A stretch of 64,000 nt of DNA from Anaeramoeba ignava BMAN (Eukaryota > Protista > Anaeramoebae), in assembly GCA_028826165.1 (NCBI GenBank), contig JAPDFW010000059.1:1-64000 (forward strand), read 5' to 3'. A model generated the notes under the pieces. The model had not been told where the DNA came from, did no database searches, and saw nothing but the letters and a program-made list of their open reading frames with translations. Positions 1 to 15,952 of this stretch are shown here, piece by piece. Made by a program: the position numbers and the translations under genes. The first letter of the stretch is position 1; each line of letters begins with the position of its first letter.

Positions 1-1239
<1,239 letters not shown>

Positions 1240-1343
1240 TTTTTAATTTTTCTAAAAAGTTTTTAAAGGATCTTTTTCTAATCTAATTAAATAAAAATAA
1301 TAAAAGAATAAGAAATAAATTTAAATTATAAAATTTATAAAAT

Positions 1344-3958
1344 TTAAAAATACCTTTTTGTTATTTCTTTTTGGAAAATTAAATTTCTTATTCTTTTGTT
1401 TTTATGAAAATTTTGAGAATTAATTTTTGATTTTTCTTTTTCAGATCCTGTTAATAAATAATCAGGAACATTTTTCAAATGAGGTTTAATATGCTGAGGT
1501 TGTAAATGTAAATCATGTTTAAGAGCAACTAAATCGATTAGGATGCTCTTCAAAATGAGTTTTTAATTTTGAAGAGTTTATAATTTCAACTTGTAATTCT
1601 TTCCAATCTTGCTTTTTTTTTATTGAATTTTTAGAGATTGTTTTGAGAACATCTTCACATCTATATTTAAAAGGAGAAACTTTTTCTTGAGGAAAGGAAC
1701 CAAATCAAAAATATTTGATGATTGTTTTTGTTGAATTTTTGATTCGAAAAATTTTTGATTTGGAAAAATAATGATTCATTTTTGGATGTTATAAATGATA
1801 TTGCAGTTCCTCTTTGTCCAGCTCTTGCTGTTCTTCCAATTCTATGGATATAATCCTTGATATTTAATGGGAAATCAAAATTTATAACTGTTTTAACATT
1901 TTTAAAATCTATTCCTCTTGAAACTCCAAATTCAGAATCTATATTGAGTTTTGATTTTTGATTTTGATTTTCTAAATTTAAATAATTTTCATAAATTGTA
2001 TCAATTTTAGATAAACTATTTTCATTTTCATTTTCATTTTCATTTTCATTTTTAATTTCATTTTTAATTTCTTCATCAATATTAATTGCTTCAATTTTCT
2101 TATTTGAAATTTCTGTATCATTTGCAATTAAAATTTCAAAACTTCCTTTATTAAAATTTTCCAAAATATTTGTTCTTGAATTTTGAGGAAGTTCTGGATT
2201 AAGAACAACAGAAGATATTGAGAATCTTTCAAGAAATAATTTCAGTTTAAAAGAATGATCAATACTATTTGTGAAAATTAAAGCTTTTCTTTGAATTTGA
2301 TTTAATCTAATAAGAACATAAATGAGTAAATATTTATCTTTTTCTTCACATTTAATTCCAAGTTGATTCATAAATGATTTAATATTTGTTTCATTAACTG
2401 AACAAATTATCTTTTTAAAAGAAAACAAATTTAAAAAATTTATTAAAAATTTTTTTGAATTAATTTTTTTACAGGATCATGTAATAATAATTGTTTTAAT
2501 GTTTCAACATCTTGTGTTAAAGTTGCTGAAACTAAAAAATTTTGGCAAATATTTGGAATATTATCAACAATAAATCTTATATCTTCTGAATAACCAAATG
2601 AAAGAACAAGATCTGCTTCATCAATTACTAAAATTTTTAAAGAATTTTTTAAATCAATAATATTTGCTTTTAAATGAGCAACTAAACGATTTGGAGTTGA
2701 AATGATAATATCAGGTTTTTGAGCAATTAAACGAATTCTTTTTTTTTTTAATTATAATTTTAATTTTAATTTTAATTTTAATTTTATAAATGAATTTTAA
2801 TTTTAATTTTAATTTTAATTTTAATTTTGATTTTAAATTTAATTTTAATTTTAATTTTAATTTTGATTATAATTTTAATTTTAATTTTAATTTTATAAAT
2901 GAATTTTAATTTTAATTTTAATTTTAATTTTATAAATGAATTTTAATTTTAATTTTATAAATGAATTTTAATTTTAATTTTAATTTTAATTTTAATTTTA
3001 ATTTTAATTTTAATTTTAATTTTAATTTAATTTTAATTTTATTTTTAATTTTAATTTTATAAATGAATTTTAATTTTAATTTTTAATTTTTAATTTTAAT
3101 TTTAATTTTAATTTTAATTTTAATTTTAATTTTAATTTTTAATTTTAATTTTAATTTTAATTTTAATTTTAATTTTTAATTTTAATTTTAATTTTAATTT
3201 TAAATTTTAATTTTAATTTTATAAATGATTTTATAAATGAATTTTAATTTTAATTTTAATTTAAATTTAATTTAAATTTTAATTTTATAAATGAATTTTA
3301 ATTTTAATTTTATAAATGAATTTTAATTATAATTTTTAATTTTAATTTTAATTCTAATTTTAATTTTATAAATGAATTTTAATTTTAATTTTAATTTTAA
3401 TTTTAATTTTAATTTTAATTTTAATTTTAATTTTAATTTTAATTATAATTTTAATTTTAGTTTTAATTTTAATTTTAAATTTTAATTTTATAAATGAATT
3501 TTAATTTTAATTTTAATTTTAATTTTAATTTAAAATAAAATATACCGTTGAGTTTCAAGTGAAACATCTGCAGCTAAATGTAAAGAAGATAAAACTTTAC
3601 GACAATAATAAGATAATTCAGCAATTTGTTTATTTACTTGTTCACAAAGTTCTCTAGTTGGAACAAGAATAACAGAAAAAGGATGAAAAATATTTTCTTT
3701 AATTTTTGAAGTTTGAAAATTTTCATTTCTTTTTTGATAAGTTAAAATTTGATTAATAATTGGTAATAAATATGAAGCTGTTTTTCCTGAACCTGTTGGT
3801 GCTTGAATTAATATATCTTTTCCTTCTAATCCTATTGGTATTACTTTTTTTTGTATTTTTGTTGGTTTTTCAAAATTAAGTCTTTCACATGATGATATTA
3901 ATCTATCATCTAAATTAAATTCTTGAAAACTTTTAATTTCATTTTTTTTCTTATTCAT
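1344..3958 (-). CDS. DDX56: DEAD-box RNA helicase DDX56/Dbp9; exons ~3958-3546, 2737-2473, 2410-1344 (frameshifts near the 3' end)
   Basis: Motifs [37 protein letters not shown]; Dbp9-type insert before [10 protein letters not shown] and tail ..[21 protein letters not shown] introns 3545-2738 and 2472-2411. Confidence 0.9.
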
Positions 3959-4030
3959 TTTTAATTTAAAAAAAAAATAAAAAAATAAAAAAAATTTTTT
4001 TCATTTTTTTTCTTTTTATTTTTAATAAAA

Positions 4031-5725
4031 ATGGAAAATTATTTAAATTTAGAAAAACTTTCAAATGATTTAAAAAATTTATTTCAAAATCAAAATCAAA
4101 ATGAACATGAAGAAGAAAGTTATTTTGATTTTGAAATAATTTGTGAAGAAAATAAAACTTCATTTAAAACTCATAAATCAATTCTTTCTTCAAGAAGTCA
4201 TTATTTTAAATCTCTTTTTAAATCTAAAATGAAAGAATTTCAAGAAAATAAAATGATTCTAAAAGATGTTTCAAGTTCAATTCTATCTTCAATCTTAAAT
4301 TATCTTTATTCAGGAAAAATTGAAATTAATTTAGAAAATGCAATTCAAATTTTAATTTTTTCATCAAAATATTTAATTGATGAATTAATTGAAACTTCTT
4401 CAAAATTTATTAAAAAGAATTTCCAAATTGAAACTGTTATTGATATTATTAAATTATCTGAATCAATGAACTTAAGCAAGTTACTATATTTTTCTTATCA
4501 ATTTATTTCTGAAAATTTTAGAAAATTTATCCAAACTTCATTTTTTCTTGAACTTGAAGAAAATCATTTAAATTCAATTTTATCAAATGATGAAATTTTA
4601 ATAAGTGAATTTGAAATTTTTCAATCAATAATAAAATGGGGAAAACATAAATCAAATATTAAAAAAGAAAAAGAAAAATTACAAAATCAAATTTCAAATT
4701 TTATTGATAAAATTAGATTTATTGATTTTTCAAAACAAGAACTTGCAGAAACTTTAGAAGAAGATTTAATTCCAAATGAACTTTCACAAAAATTAACAAA
4801 ACTTCTAATATTAAAAACTCAAGAAAATGAAGAAAAATTAAAACAATTTATTCAAAAAGAAAATTCATTAAATTTCAAAACAAGATTTGAAATGAAATTT
4901 AAATCAACAATTATTCAAAAACAGCATTTCCAGAAATTAAGAGAATGGATAAATGATGATGAATTCTTTTCCAAAATGAAATTAGGATATTCAGCAAAAC
5001 AAGATGGATTTTCTTCTAATAACTGGCATTTAAAATGTGATAATAAAGGAAAAACATTAATTATTATCAAAACCAAAGATAACTTTATTTTTGGAGGATT
5101 TACATCAGTTGGATTTATAAATGAAAAATTAAAACAAAAACAAAAGCAAGATCAAAATTCAAATGAAAATGAAAATGAAAACCCATTTAATCATAATCAA
5201 AACTCATTTAACCAAAATCCATTTATTAATAATTCAAAAACATTTCAGAATACTCCAACTTTACATGTTAAAAATCAAAATCCATTTAATCAGAATGAGT
5301 ATCAGAATAATCTTGATGAAATTATAGATCGATTTGGTTATAATCTAAAACCTTTGTCTCCTAATCAAGACTCATTTGAAGAAAAAGTTATTGAAGATAT
5401 TCCAGATTCAAAAGCATTTCTTTTTTCATTAAGAAATAATAAAAATAATCGAAAACCAGAAAAATTATCTATTATTGAAGGTAAAGAAAAATATGCTATT
5501 GATAACAATTCAATTGATCGTTTAGTTTTTGGAAAAAATTCTAATCCATTTGGAAATAATGATGATTTACATTTATATTCTAATTTAAAATCTGGTTATT
5601 CAAATTTAGGATCTATTTACAATCTTCCTATTGGAATCAAAAAAGATAAAAAAGAAAGAGAAAATTATTTAGCTGGTACTCATAATAAATGGAAAATTCA
5701 AGAAATTGAAACTTATTTCATTTAA
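4031..5725 (+). CDS. BTB-BACK-TLDc domain protein, intronless
   Basis: BTB (FKTHKSILSSRSHYFKSLF..YLYSGKI), BACK (SEFEIFQSIIKWG), TLDc (YSAKQDGFSSNNWHLKCDNKGKTLIIIKT..FIFGGFT; WKIQEIETY). Confidence 0.9.
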   Translation: MENYLNLEKLSNDLKNLFQNQNQNEHEEESYFDFEIICEENKTSFKTHKSILSSRSHYFKSLFKSKMKEFQENKMILKDVSSSILSSILNYLYSGKIEINLENAIQILIFSSKYLIDELIETSSKFIKKNFQIETVIDIIKLSESMNLSKLLYFSYQFISENFRKFIQTSFFLELEENHLNSILSNDEILISEFEIFQSIIKWGKHKSNIKKEKEKLQNQISNFIDKIRFIDFSKQELAETLEEDLIPNELSQKLTKLLILKTQENEEKLKQFIQKENSLNFKTRFEMKFKSTIIQKQHFQKLREWINDDEFFSKMKLGYSAKQDGFSSNNWHLKCDNKGKTLIIIKTKDNFIFGGFTSVGFINEKLKQKQKQDQNSNENENENPFNHNQNSFNQNPFINNSKTFQNTPTLHVKNQNPFNQNEYQNNLDEIIDRFGYNLKPLSPNQDSFEEKVIEDIPDSKAFLFSLRNNKNNRKPEKLSIIEGKEKYAIDNNSIDRLVFGKNSNPFGNNDDLHLYSNLKSGYSNLGSIYNLPIGIKKDKKERENYLAGTHNKWKIQEIETYFI

Positions 5726-5871
5726 AATTCTTATTTCTTTTCATTTTAATTTTAATTCCTTTCCAAATCCAAAAAAAAAAAGAATAAAAAAAAAAGCAAA
5801 AAAAATTTTTCATTTTTCATTTTTTCATTTTTTCATTTTTCATTTTTATTTTTATTTAAAAACAACAACAA

Positions 5872-7829
5872 ATGAATTTATCAGAACAATTAGATAATTA
5901 TATAAATGGACTTCTTCCAACTTCACTTGCAGAATTAAAACAATCTTCACAACAACTTGATAAAATAGCACAAATAAGTATTGGAGAATATAAAACTAAT
6001 CCTGATGAAACAAAAATGAAAACTCAAAATGCAGTTAATGAAGGTCTTCAAACAGTTGCTCAACATATTTTTGCAGTTAGTACTCATCTTAATAATCTTC
6101 TTACACTTCAAGATAAACAAGTTGAAAAATTAGATTTAGAAATTCGTTCAGCTCTTGCTGTAAATTCATTTATAAAATTAAAATTAAAATTAAAATTAAA
6201 ATTCAAATCAAAATTAAAATTAAAATTAAAATTAAAATCTAAATTAAAATTAAATTTAAAATTAAAATTGAAATTAAAATTAAAATTAAAATTAAAATTA
6301 AAATTAAAATCAAAATTAAAATTAAAATTCATTTATAAAATTAAAATTAAAATTAAATCAAAATTAAAATTCATTTATAAAATTAAAATTAAAATTAAAA
6401 TTAAAATTCATTTATAAAATTAAAATTAAAAATTAAAATTAAAATTAAAATTAAAATTAAAATTAAAATTCAAATTAAAATTAAAATTAAAATTAAAATT
6501 AAAATTAAAATTAAAATTAAAATCTAAATTAAAATTAAAATAAAAATTAAAATCTAAATTAAAATTAAAATTCATTTATAAAAATTAAAATTCAAATTAA
6601 AATTAAAATTAAAATTCAAATTAAAATTAAAATTAAAATTAAAATTAAAAAAATCAAAATTAAAAATTAAAAATTCATTTATAAAAATTAAAATTAAAAT
6701 TAAAATTAAAAATTAAAATTAAAATTAAAATTAAAATTAAAATTAAAATAAAAATTAAAATCTAAATTAAAATTAAAATTAAAATTAAAATTCATTTATA
6801 AAATTAAAATTCAAATTAAAATTAAAATTAAAATTCATTAAAAATAAAAATTCATTTATAAAAATTAAAATTCAATCAAAATTAATATTAAAATTAAAAT
6901 TAAAATTAAATTTAAAATTATAATTAAAATTAAAATAATCAAAATTAAAATTAAAATTAAAATTAAAATTAAAATTAAAATTAAAATTAAAATTAAATTT
7001 AAAATTAAAATTAAAATTAAAATTATAATAAAAATTAAAATTAAAATTAAAATTAAAATTAAAATCAAAATTAAAATTAAAATTAAAATTAAAATTCATT
7101 TATAAAATTAAAATTAAATTTAAAATTAAAATTAATATTAATATTAAATTTAATATAAAAATCGGATATAAAAAGAGAATAAAAGGTGCACATATAAGAG
7201 TTGGTCAAGCTGGATTACAAAAATTATACAAAGAAAGAATACCAATAGAAGGAGAAAAAACACACAAACTAACAGAAGAACAAATACAAGCAGAATATAA
7301 ACAAAAAACACTGATAAACATAAAAGGATACAACATCAACTTTGAAGCACTTGATAACATTGGAATAAGCTTATCAAATCCAAATCAAGAATCAAACACA
7401 ATCAAGATGAAAAACAAATCAGAAAATCCAATTCAAGAAGCAATCATAAAATCAAGTGAAAGAAAAGAAGAAGAAAAAACTGAAACAGAAACTGAAACAG
7501 AAACTGATGAATCAATATCAAAACCAAAATCAACAGAAAATACTTCAAAAACTTCACTTGCAATTGAAAATAAATCTCCTCCAATTCTTCCTCAAAGAAC
7601 TTCTTCTTTACCTCAACCTCCTATTCAAAATACTCAAAATCCTTCTTTTGATAATATTCCTCCTCCTATTGGTGATGACTTTCCTCCCCCTATTGATGAT
7701 CTCCCTCCTCCTATTGATAATATCCCTCTTCCTATTGGTGATGATTTCGGTTTGATGCCTCCTCCTATAAATGATGATTTCCCTCCTCCTATTGATGATA
7801 TTCCTCCTCCTTTTGATGATAATAATTAA
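5872..7829 (+). CDS. ABI: ABI (Abl-interactor) subunit of the SCAR/WAVE complex; exons 5872-6159, 7176-7829
   Basis: N-terminus resembles the ABI WAVE-binding helices (GLQTVAQHIFAVSTHLNNLLTLQDKQVEKLDLEI); GT 6160 to AG 7175 keeps frame into ..FEALDNIG.. and a proline-rich PPPIDD tail; no SH3. Confidence 0.75.
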
Positions 7830-8204
7830 TTTTGTTCTTCTTCTTCTTCTTTTTTTTTATTCAAAACCAAACAAAAGAAAAGAAAATTCAATTCAGAAAA
7901 GAAAATCAAAAAAGAAAATCAGAAAATCAAAATTAAAATCAAAATCAAATCAAATCAAAATTAAATTCAAATTAAATCAAATCAAATTCAATTCAAATCA
8001 ATTCAAATCAAATCAAATTAAATCAAATCAAATCAAATCAAATCAAATCAAATTAAATCAAATCAAATCAAATCAAAATCAAATCAAATCAAAATCAAAA
8101 TCAAAATCAAAATCAAATCAAAATCAAAATCAAAAAATCAAAATCAAAGAAAATAAAACGAAAAATTGTTATTCCAATTTAAACCTTTTTTCTTTTTGTA
8201 AATA

Positions 8205-9895
8205 TAAAAAATAAGAATAGATTTAATTTAATATTTAATTTATAAATTAATTTAAAAATATAATTTAATACTTAATTTTATTATTAAAATAATAATTTAA
8301 TGTTTTAGATTTAAATATTTTATTATTTAAACATTTAACATATAAATATAAAAAATAAGAATAGATTTAATTTAATATTCAATTTATAAATTAATTTAAA
8401 AATATAATTTAATATTTAGTTTTATTATTAAAATAATAATTTAATGTTTTATATTTAAATATTTTATTATTTAAACATTTAACATATAAATATAAAAATG
8501 AAAATAGATTTAATTTAATATTCAATTTATAAATTAATTTAAAAATATAATTTTATATTTAATTTTATTATTAAAATAATAATTTAATGTTTTAGATTTA
8601 AATATTTTATTATTTAAATATTTAACATATAAATATAAAAATGAGAATAGATTTAATTTAATATTCAATTTATAAATTAATTTAAAAATATAATTTAATA
8701 TTTAGTTTTATTATTAAAATAATAATTTAATGTTTTAGATTTTAATATTTTATTATTTAAATATTTAACATAAAAATATAAAAATAAGAATAGATTTAAT
8801 TTAATATTCAATTTATAAATTAATTTAAAAATATAATTTAATATTTAGTTTTATTATTAAAATAATAATTTAATGTTTTAGATTTAAATATTTTATTATT
8901 TAAATATTTAACATATAAATATAAAAATGAGAATAGATTTAATTTAATATTCAATTTATAAATTAATTTAAAAATATAATTTTATATTTAATTTTATTAT
9001 TAAAATAATAATTTAATGTTTTAGATTTAAATATTTTATTATTTAAATATTTAACATATAAATATAAAAATGAAAATAGATTTAATTTAATATTCAATTT
9101 ATAAATTAATTTAAAAATATAATTTAATATTTAGTTTTATTATTAAAATAATAATTTAATGTTTTAGATTTAAATATTTTATTATTTAAATATTTAACAT
9201 AAAAATATAAAAATAAGAATAGATTTAATTTAATATTCAATTTATAAATTAATTTAAAAATGTAATTTAATATTTAATTTTATTATTAAAATAATAATTT
9301 AATGTTTTAAATTTAAATATTTTATTATTCAAATATTAAACATAAAAATATAAAAATAAGAATAGATTTAATTTAATATTTAATTTATAAATTAATTTAA
9401 AAATATAATTTAATATTTAATTTCATTATTAAAATGATAATTTATTGTTTTAAATTTAAATATTTTATTATTTAAATATTTAACATAAAAATATAAAAAT
9501 AAGAATAGATTTAATTTAATATTTAATTTATAAATTAATTTAAAAATATAATTTAATATTTAATTTTATTATTAAAATAATAATTTAATGTTTTAGATTT
9601 AAATATTTTATTATTTAAATATTTAACATATAAATATAAAAATAAGAATAGATTTAATTTAATATTTAATTTATAAATTAATTTAAAAATATAATTTTAT
9701 ATTTAATTCTATGTTTTAAAATAATAATTTATTGTTTTAGATTTAAATATTTTATTATTTAAATATTAAACATAAAAATATAAAAAATGAGAATAGATTT
9801 AATTTAATATTTAATTTATAAATTAATTTAAAAATATAATTTAATATTTAATTTTATTATTAAAATAATAATTTATTATTTTAGATTTAAATATA
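8205..9895. repeat. ~143-bp AT-rich tandem minisatellite, ~12 copies
   Basis: Anchor AATAGATTTAATTTAATAT recurs near 8216, 8360, 8504, 8646, 8789, 8932, 9075, 9218, 9361, 9504, 9646, 9792. Confidence 0.95.
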
Positions 9896-10048
9896 AAATA
9901 AATAAAAAAAAGTGGAATGAAATTTTGATTTTTATTTTGATTTTCTTTTCTTGATTTTTGAAATTGAAAAAAAAGAAAATGAAATTAGAATTGAAAAAAG
10001 AAAAATGAAAAGAAGGAAATTGTTTGAAAAATGAAATGAAAATTGGAA

Positions 10049-12776
10049 TTAAATATCTAAATCATCATGAAGTTCTTTTTCTTCTTTGTTTTCTTCTTTT
10101 TTTTTTGATTTTGATTGTTTTCTTTTTTTCTTTTTATATAAAATAATTCCAATAATAATTATTGAAATAACCAAAAGAGGAATAATTATACCTAAAGTTA
10201 TTGCTGTTGTTTTTGAATTATTATTAGATTCATTTGTTGATGATATTGTAATTGATGTTGTTGAATTAATTCCTGAATATTCATTAAATGAACAATTTAA
10301 ATCAGCTGATGAATAAATTGAAATTTCATAATATTCTCCTCCTTGTAATCCTGAAACTGAATAATTTGTTGTTAAATTTGATAAACAAATTGAAATTGAA
10401 TTATAAGTAAATGAATATGCTTTTAATCCACTTGATAAAATTAATGAATCCCAACTACATTCAAATCCATTAATTAATGAATAACAATTTAATGAAGTAA
10501 TATTTCCTAATTTAGCTCTTGTTGAAATAATTGAACTAGATTCTCCTAAATATGGAGTTTCACAATTTAAATCTGAACATCCTCGAATTGAAATATTATA
10601 TTCAATATTTCCTGATATTTCATTTATTATTCCAATACCTTCATTTCCACTTAAATTAAGAGATGTGAATTTTTGCCAATTTGTTTCATTATTAAGTGAA
10701 ATTGAATAATTATTTGCATTTGTTAATTTTGTGAAATTAAATTCAATTTCTTCAATTTTGGAAATTGTTTCATAAATTGTTGGAGCTGCTGGTAAATTAT
10801 CAGTTGTAATTGAAATTGATGAAATATATCCACATTTTCCATTTGAATTACATGCTGATATATTGATTTGATATTCTTGATTTGGAAATTGAACTGTAAA
10901 TTGTTGATTTAATGAAGTTGGTCGATAATTTCCAGAATCATCTTCTGAAATTGATTGATAAGTAAAATTATAATAAAATGGAATTGAACAATTAATTGGT
11001 TGATTCCAACTACAATTAATATCTAATGAATATTGAATTGAACATGTTAAATTTGTAACTTCTCCAAATATTAATGAAATTGATGATTCAACAATTTCTC
11101 CTTTATCATCTCCTTCACATTCTTGTGTTCTACATCCACAAATTGAAATATTATAATCATTTTCACATTCAAAATTATTCCAAAGATAATCAAGTGAAGA
11201 ATTATCAACTGAAATTAAAGATATTAAATCAGGTTGAGATTTATTTAAATAAGAAAGATTATAATGATCAAGATGAGCAATTCCTTCATCGATTTGAACA
11301 TTTGGATAATCCCAAGTAACATTAATTGAATAATTTGAAGGATTTGATAATTGAAAATCTTTTACAGAATCAATTTTTGTTGTTAAATTAATGAAAGAAG
11401 AAGATTCACCACATTTCATTGTTTCATTATCACAAGCTTTGATTTGAATTGAATAATATTCATTTCCAGTAATATTATCATAAATTGAAGAATTAAATTG
11501 TTGATAATAAGCATTCCCATCTTCAAGAATTGGAGAATCAATATCAATCCAATCATATCCATAATTAATTTGATAAATCAATGTTAATCCACATTCAATT
11601 TTATCCCAATAACAATCAAATGATGAAAACAAAGATGAACAATTAACAATATTAACTTGAGGAATGAAATGAGCTTCATAAACAAATGCTTGATTTGCAT
11701 CATAAGCTCCAATAACAGTAAAATTCCCATAAATTGAAACAGAATTCCCAAAATCTGAAACTGAAGATTCATTCAAATTTTGTTCTTCATTCCAAATTGT
11801 TCCATTAAATCTGTAAATATATGCTTGATTTGCACCAGGAGCACCAATAACAATAACATCTTCATAAATTGAAACAGAACCTCCAAAAGTTGAAACTGAA
11901 GATTCATTCAAAATTTTTTCTTCATTCCAAATTGTTCCATTATATCTGTAAATATATGCTTTTCTTGCACCAGGAGCACCAATAACAATAACATCTTCAT
12001 AAATTGAAACAGAATTCCCAAAAAATAAAACTGAAGATTCATTCAAAATTTTGTTCTTCATTCCAAATTGTTCCATTATATCTGTAAATATATGCTTTCT
12101 TTGCATCATTAGCTCCAATAACAATAACATCTTCATAAATTGAAACAGAATATCCAAAATCTGAAACTGAAAATTCATTCAAAATTTGTTCTTCATTCCA
12201 AATTGTTCCATTAAATCTGTAAATATATGCTTGATTTGCAACATAAGCTCCAATAACAATAACATCTTCATAAATTGAAACAGAATATCCAAAATCTGAA
12301 ACTGAAGATCCATTCAAAATTTGTTCTTGATTCCAAATTGTTCCATTATATCTGTAAATATATGCTTGATATGAAATAGAAGCACCAATAACAATAACAT
12401 CTTCATAAATTGAAACAGAAGATCCAAAAAGTGAATATGAAGATCCATTCAAAATTTGTTCTTGATTCCAAATTGTTCCATTATATCTGTAAATAAATAC
12501 TTGATCTGCAACATTAGCTCCAATAGCAAGAATATCTTTATAAACTGAAACAGAATGTCCAAAATATCCTGGATTTGAAAATTGATCTAATAAATTCCAA
12601 ATCCAAGCTTCATCTAGAGTAGAATAATATCTTGTTGTTTCTGTTAATAATCTTGTTGTTTCTAATTCTTGAATTATTGTGGAAATTGAATTTTGTTGTT
12701 GATTTTGATTTGATTGAATTAAGAAAATATTGATAATTAAGAAAAAGAAAAAGGAAAAGAAAAGAATTAATTTCAT
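10049..12776 (-). CDS. Type-I membrane protein: signal peptide, 7 FG-GAP-like 45-aa repeats, ~5 FN3-like domains, TM, basic tail; one +1 frameshift near 12050
   Basis: ORFs 12039-12776 and 10049-12178 join at an extra base in a homopolymer. Repeats FGxSVSIYEDVIVIGAxxAxxAYIYRYNGTIW (135-bp period); FN3 signatures (W..P, Y.I.I.AC); TM AITLGIIIPLLVISIIIIGIILY followed by KKKKRK. Confidence 0.85.
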
Positions 12777-13171
12777 TTTTTGCTTTTTTGTTTAAATTAA
12801 ATATAAAATTAATAAAATAAATTTATTTTTGTGTGTTTATTAATTAAAACAAATTTATTTTTTTACTTTTTTGCTTTTGTTTACTATTTTTTGTTTTTAT
12901 TTTTAAATTGTTTACTATTTTTGTTTTTAAAAATTGAAATGAATTTAAAATTAATATTAAAATAAACTTATTTTTTGTGATAATTTTATTCAAATTAATA
13001 AAATAAATTTAATTTTTATTTTTGCTTTAATTTAATAAGAAAAAAATGAAAAAAGAAAGAAAATTTTATTTCTAAATTTTATTTTTAAATCAGAAAATCC
13101 AAATCAAATTAAAAAATTAAAATTTTTCTGTTTAAATTTCAAAATTAAAATCAAAATCAAATCAAAATTGA

Positions 13172-13432
13172 ATAAAAACGAAAAATTATTCAATTTAAAC
13201 CTTTTTCTTTTGTAAATATAAAAATGAGAATAGATTTAATTTAATATTTAATTTATAAATTAATTTAAAAATATTAATTTAAATTTTATTATTTAAATAT
13301 TTTTATAAAAATAAGAATAGATTTAATTTAATATTTAATTTATAAATTAATTTAAAAATTTAATAAGAATTTTAATAATAATTTATTGATTTATATTTAA
13401 ATATTAAACATAAAAAAGTGGAATGAAATTTT
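13172..13432. repeat. Short copy of the 8152-9926 repeat element (same left and right ends, ~2 truncated units)
   Basis: Starts ATAAAA(A)CGAAAAATT..CAATTTAAACCTTTTT..TTGTAAATATAAAAA and ends AAAAAAGTGGAATGAAATTTT, as does the large array. Confidence 0.85.
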
Positions 13433-13777
13433 ATTTCTAAATCTAAATTAAAATTAAAATTAAAATTAAAATTAAAATTAAAATTAAAATTCATTTAAAA
13501 AATTAAAATCAAAATTAAAATCTAAATTAAATTTAAAATTAAAATTAAAATTTTGAGAATTTTCTTTTAAAAAAAAGAGATCAAAAGAAAATAAAAAGAA
13601 ATTTATAAAGAATTCTAAATTAAAATTAATTTAAATTTTTGAAATAAAATTGATTTAAAAAGAAAAAAGAGAAAAAGAGAAAAAAACTCAAAAAAAAAAG
13701 AAATTATTCATAAATTAATCATAAATTAATAAAAAAAAAGAAAATAAAAGCAAAAAAAATTAATTTGATTAAATTCA

Positions 13778-13809
<32 letters not shown>

Positions 13810-13923
13810 ATTTTTGATTTTCAATTCTTTTTAAAAAATTTTGTAAGAAGAAAAAAGGAAAAAAATTCCAATTTATCCAAAAAAAAAAATTTTAATCTTT
13901 TTTCTTTTTTAAATTCTTTTTAG

Positions 13924-15063
<1,140 letters not shown>

Positions 15064-15199
15064 ATCTCAATCTAAATCAAAAATCAATTTCCAAAATCAA
15101 ATCAAAAACAATTTTCAAAATCAAATCCAAATCAAATTCTTTTTTCTTTTTTTGTTTTTTTTTTAAAAAATTGAAAAAGTAAAATTCCAATTCAAAATC

Positions 15200-15880
15200 A
15201 AATTTTTAAATAGTTTTGATTTTTATTTAATTTAGAATTAAGTTTAAAAATATAATTTATTTTTAAAAAATTTTATTATTAATTTAAAAATAATTATATT
15301 TTGTTATTAAATATTTTATTTAATTTAATATTTTTAAATAGTTTTGATTTAATGTTTAATTTAGAATTAAGTTTAAAAATATTATTAATTTTAATATTAT
15401 TTTTAATTTAAAATTAATTGTATTTTATTAAATATTTTGATTTAATTTATATCAAATTTTTTAAATAGTTTTGATTTAATATTTAATTTAGAATTAAGTT
15501 TAAAAATATAATTTATTATTAATTTTATTATTAAATTATTATTTTTAAGTTAAAAATAATCATATTTTGTTATTAAATATTTTAATTTAATTTATATCTA
15601 ATTTTTCAAATAGTTTTGATTTAATATTTAATTTAGAATTAAGTTTAAAAATATATTTTATTATTAATTTAATATTTTTATTAAATTATTATTTTTAATT
15701 TAATTTATTAAATAGTTTATTTATATTTTTTGAATTAGTTTAAAAAATATTTTGATTTTAATTTTTTATTATTTAATTTTTTTTTCAAATAGTTTTGATT
15801 TTTTAGTTTTATTTAAATTTAATTTAGAATTAAGTTTAAAAATATAATTTATTATTAATTTTATTATTAATTTAATATTT
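15200..15880. repeat. Degenerate tandem repeat (~5 units) related to the 143-bp family
   Basis: Anchor AATAGTTTTGATTT..AATTTAGAATTAAGTTTAAAAATAT near 15209, 15337, 15464, 15609, 15788. Confidence 0.8.
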
Positions 15881-15952
15881 TTTAATTTAAAACTAAAATT
15901 AAAATTAATCAAATTCCAAAAAACATTTTTTTCAATTTTTTTCTTTTCAAAA

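Noticed and set aside
1925-2120. Insert in DDX56 as a possible intein
   Set aside because: Low-complexity loop at the usual Dbp9 insertion site; no C/S start, HN end or endonuclease motifs. No intein recognised elsewhere in the window.
8205-9895. CRISPR-like array
   Set aside because: Whole units repeat with no unique spacers; eukaryotic context and no cas genes.
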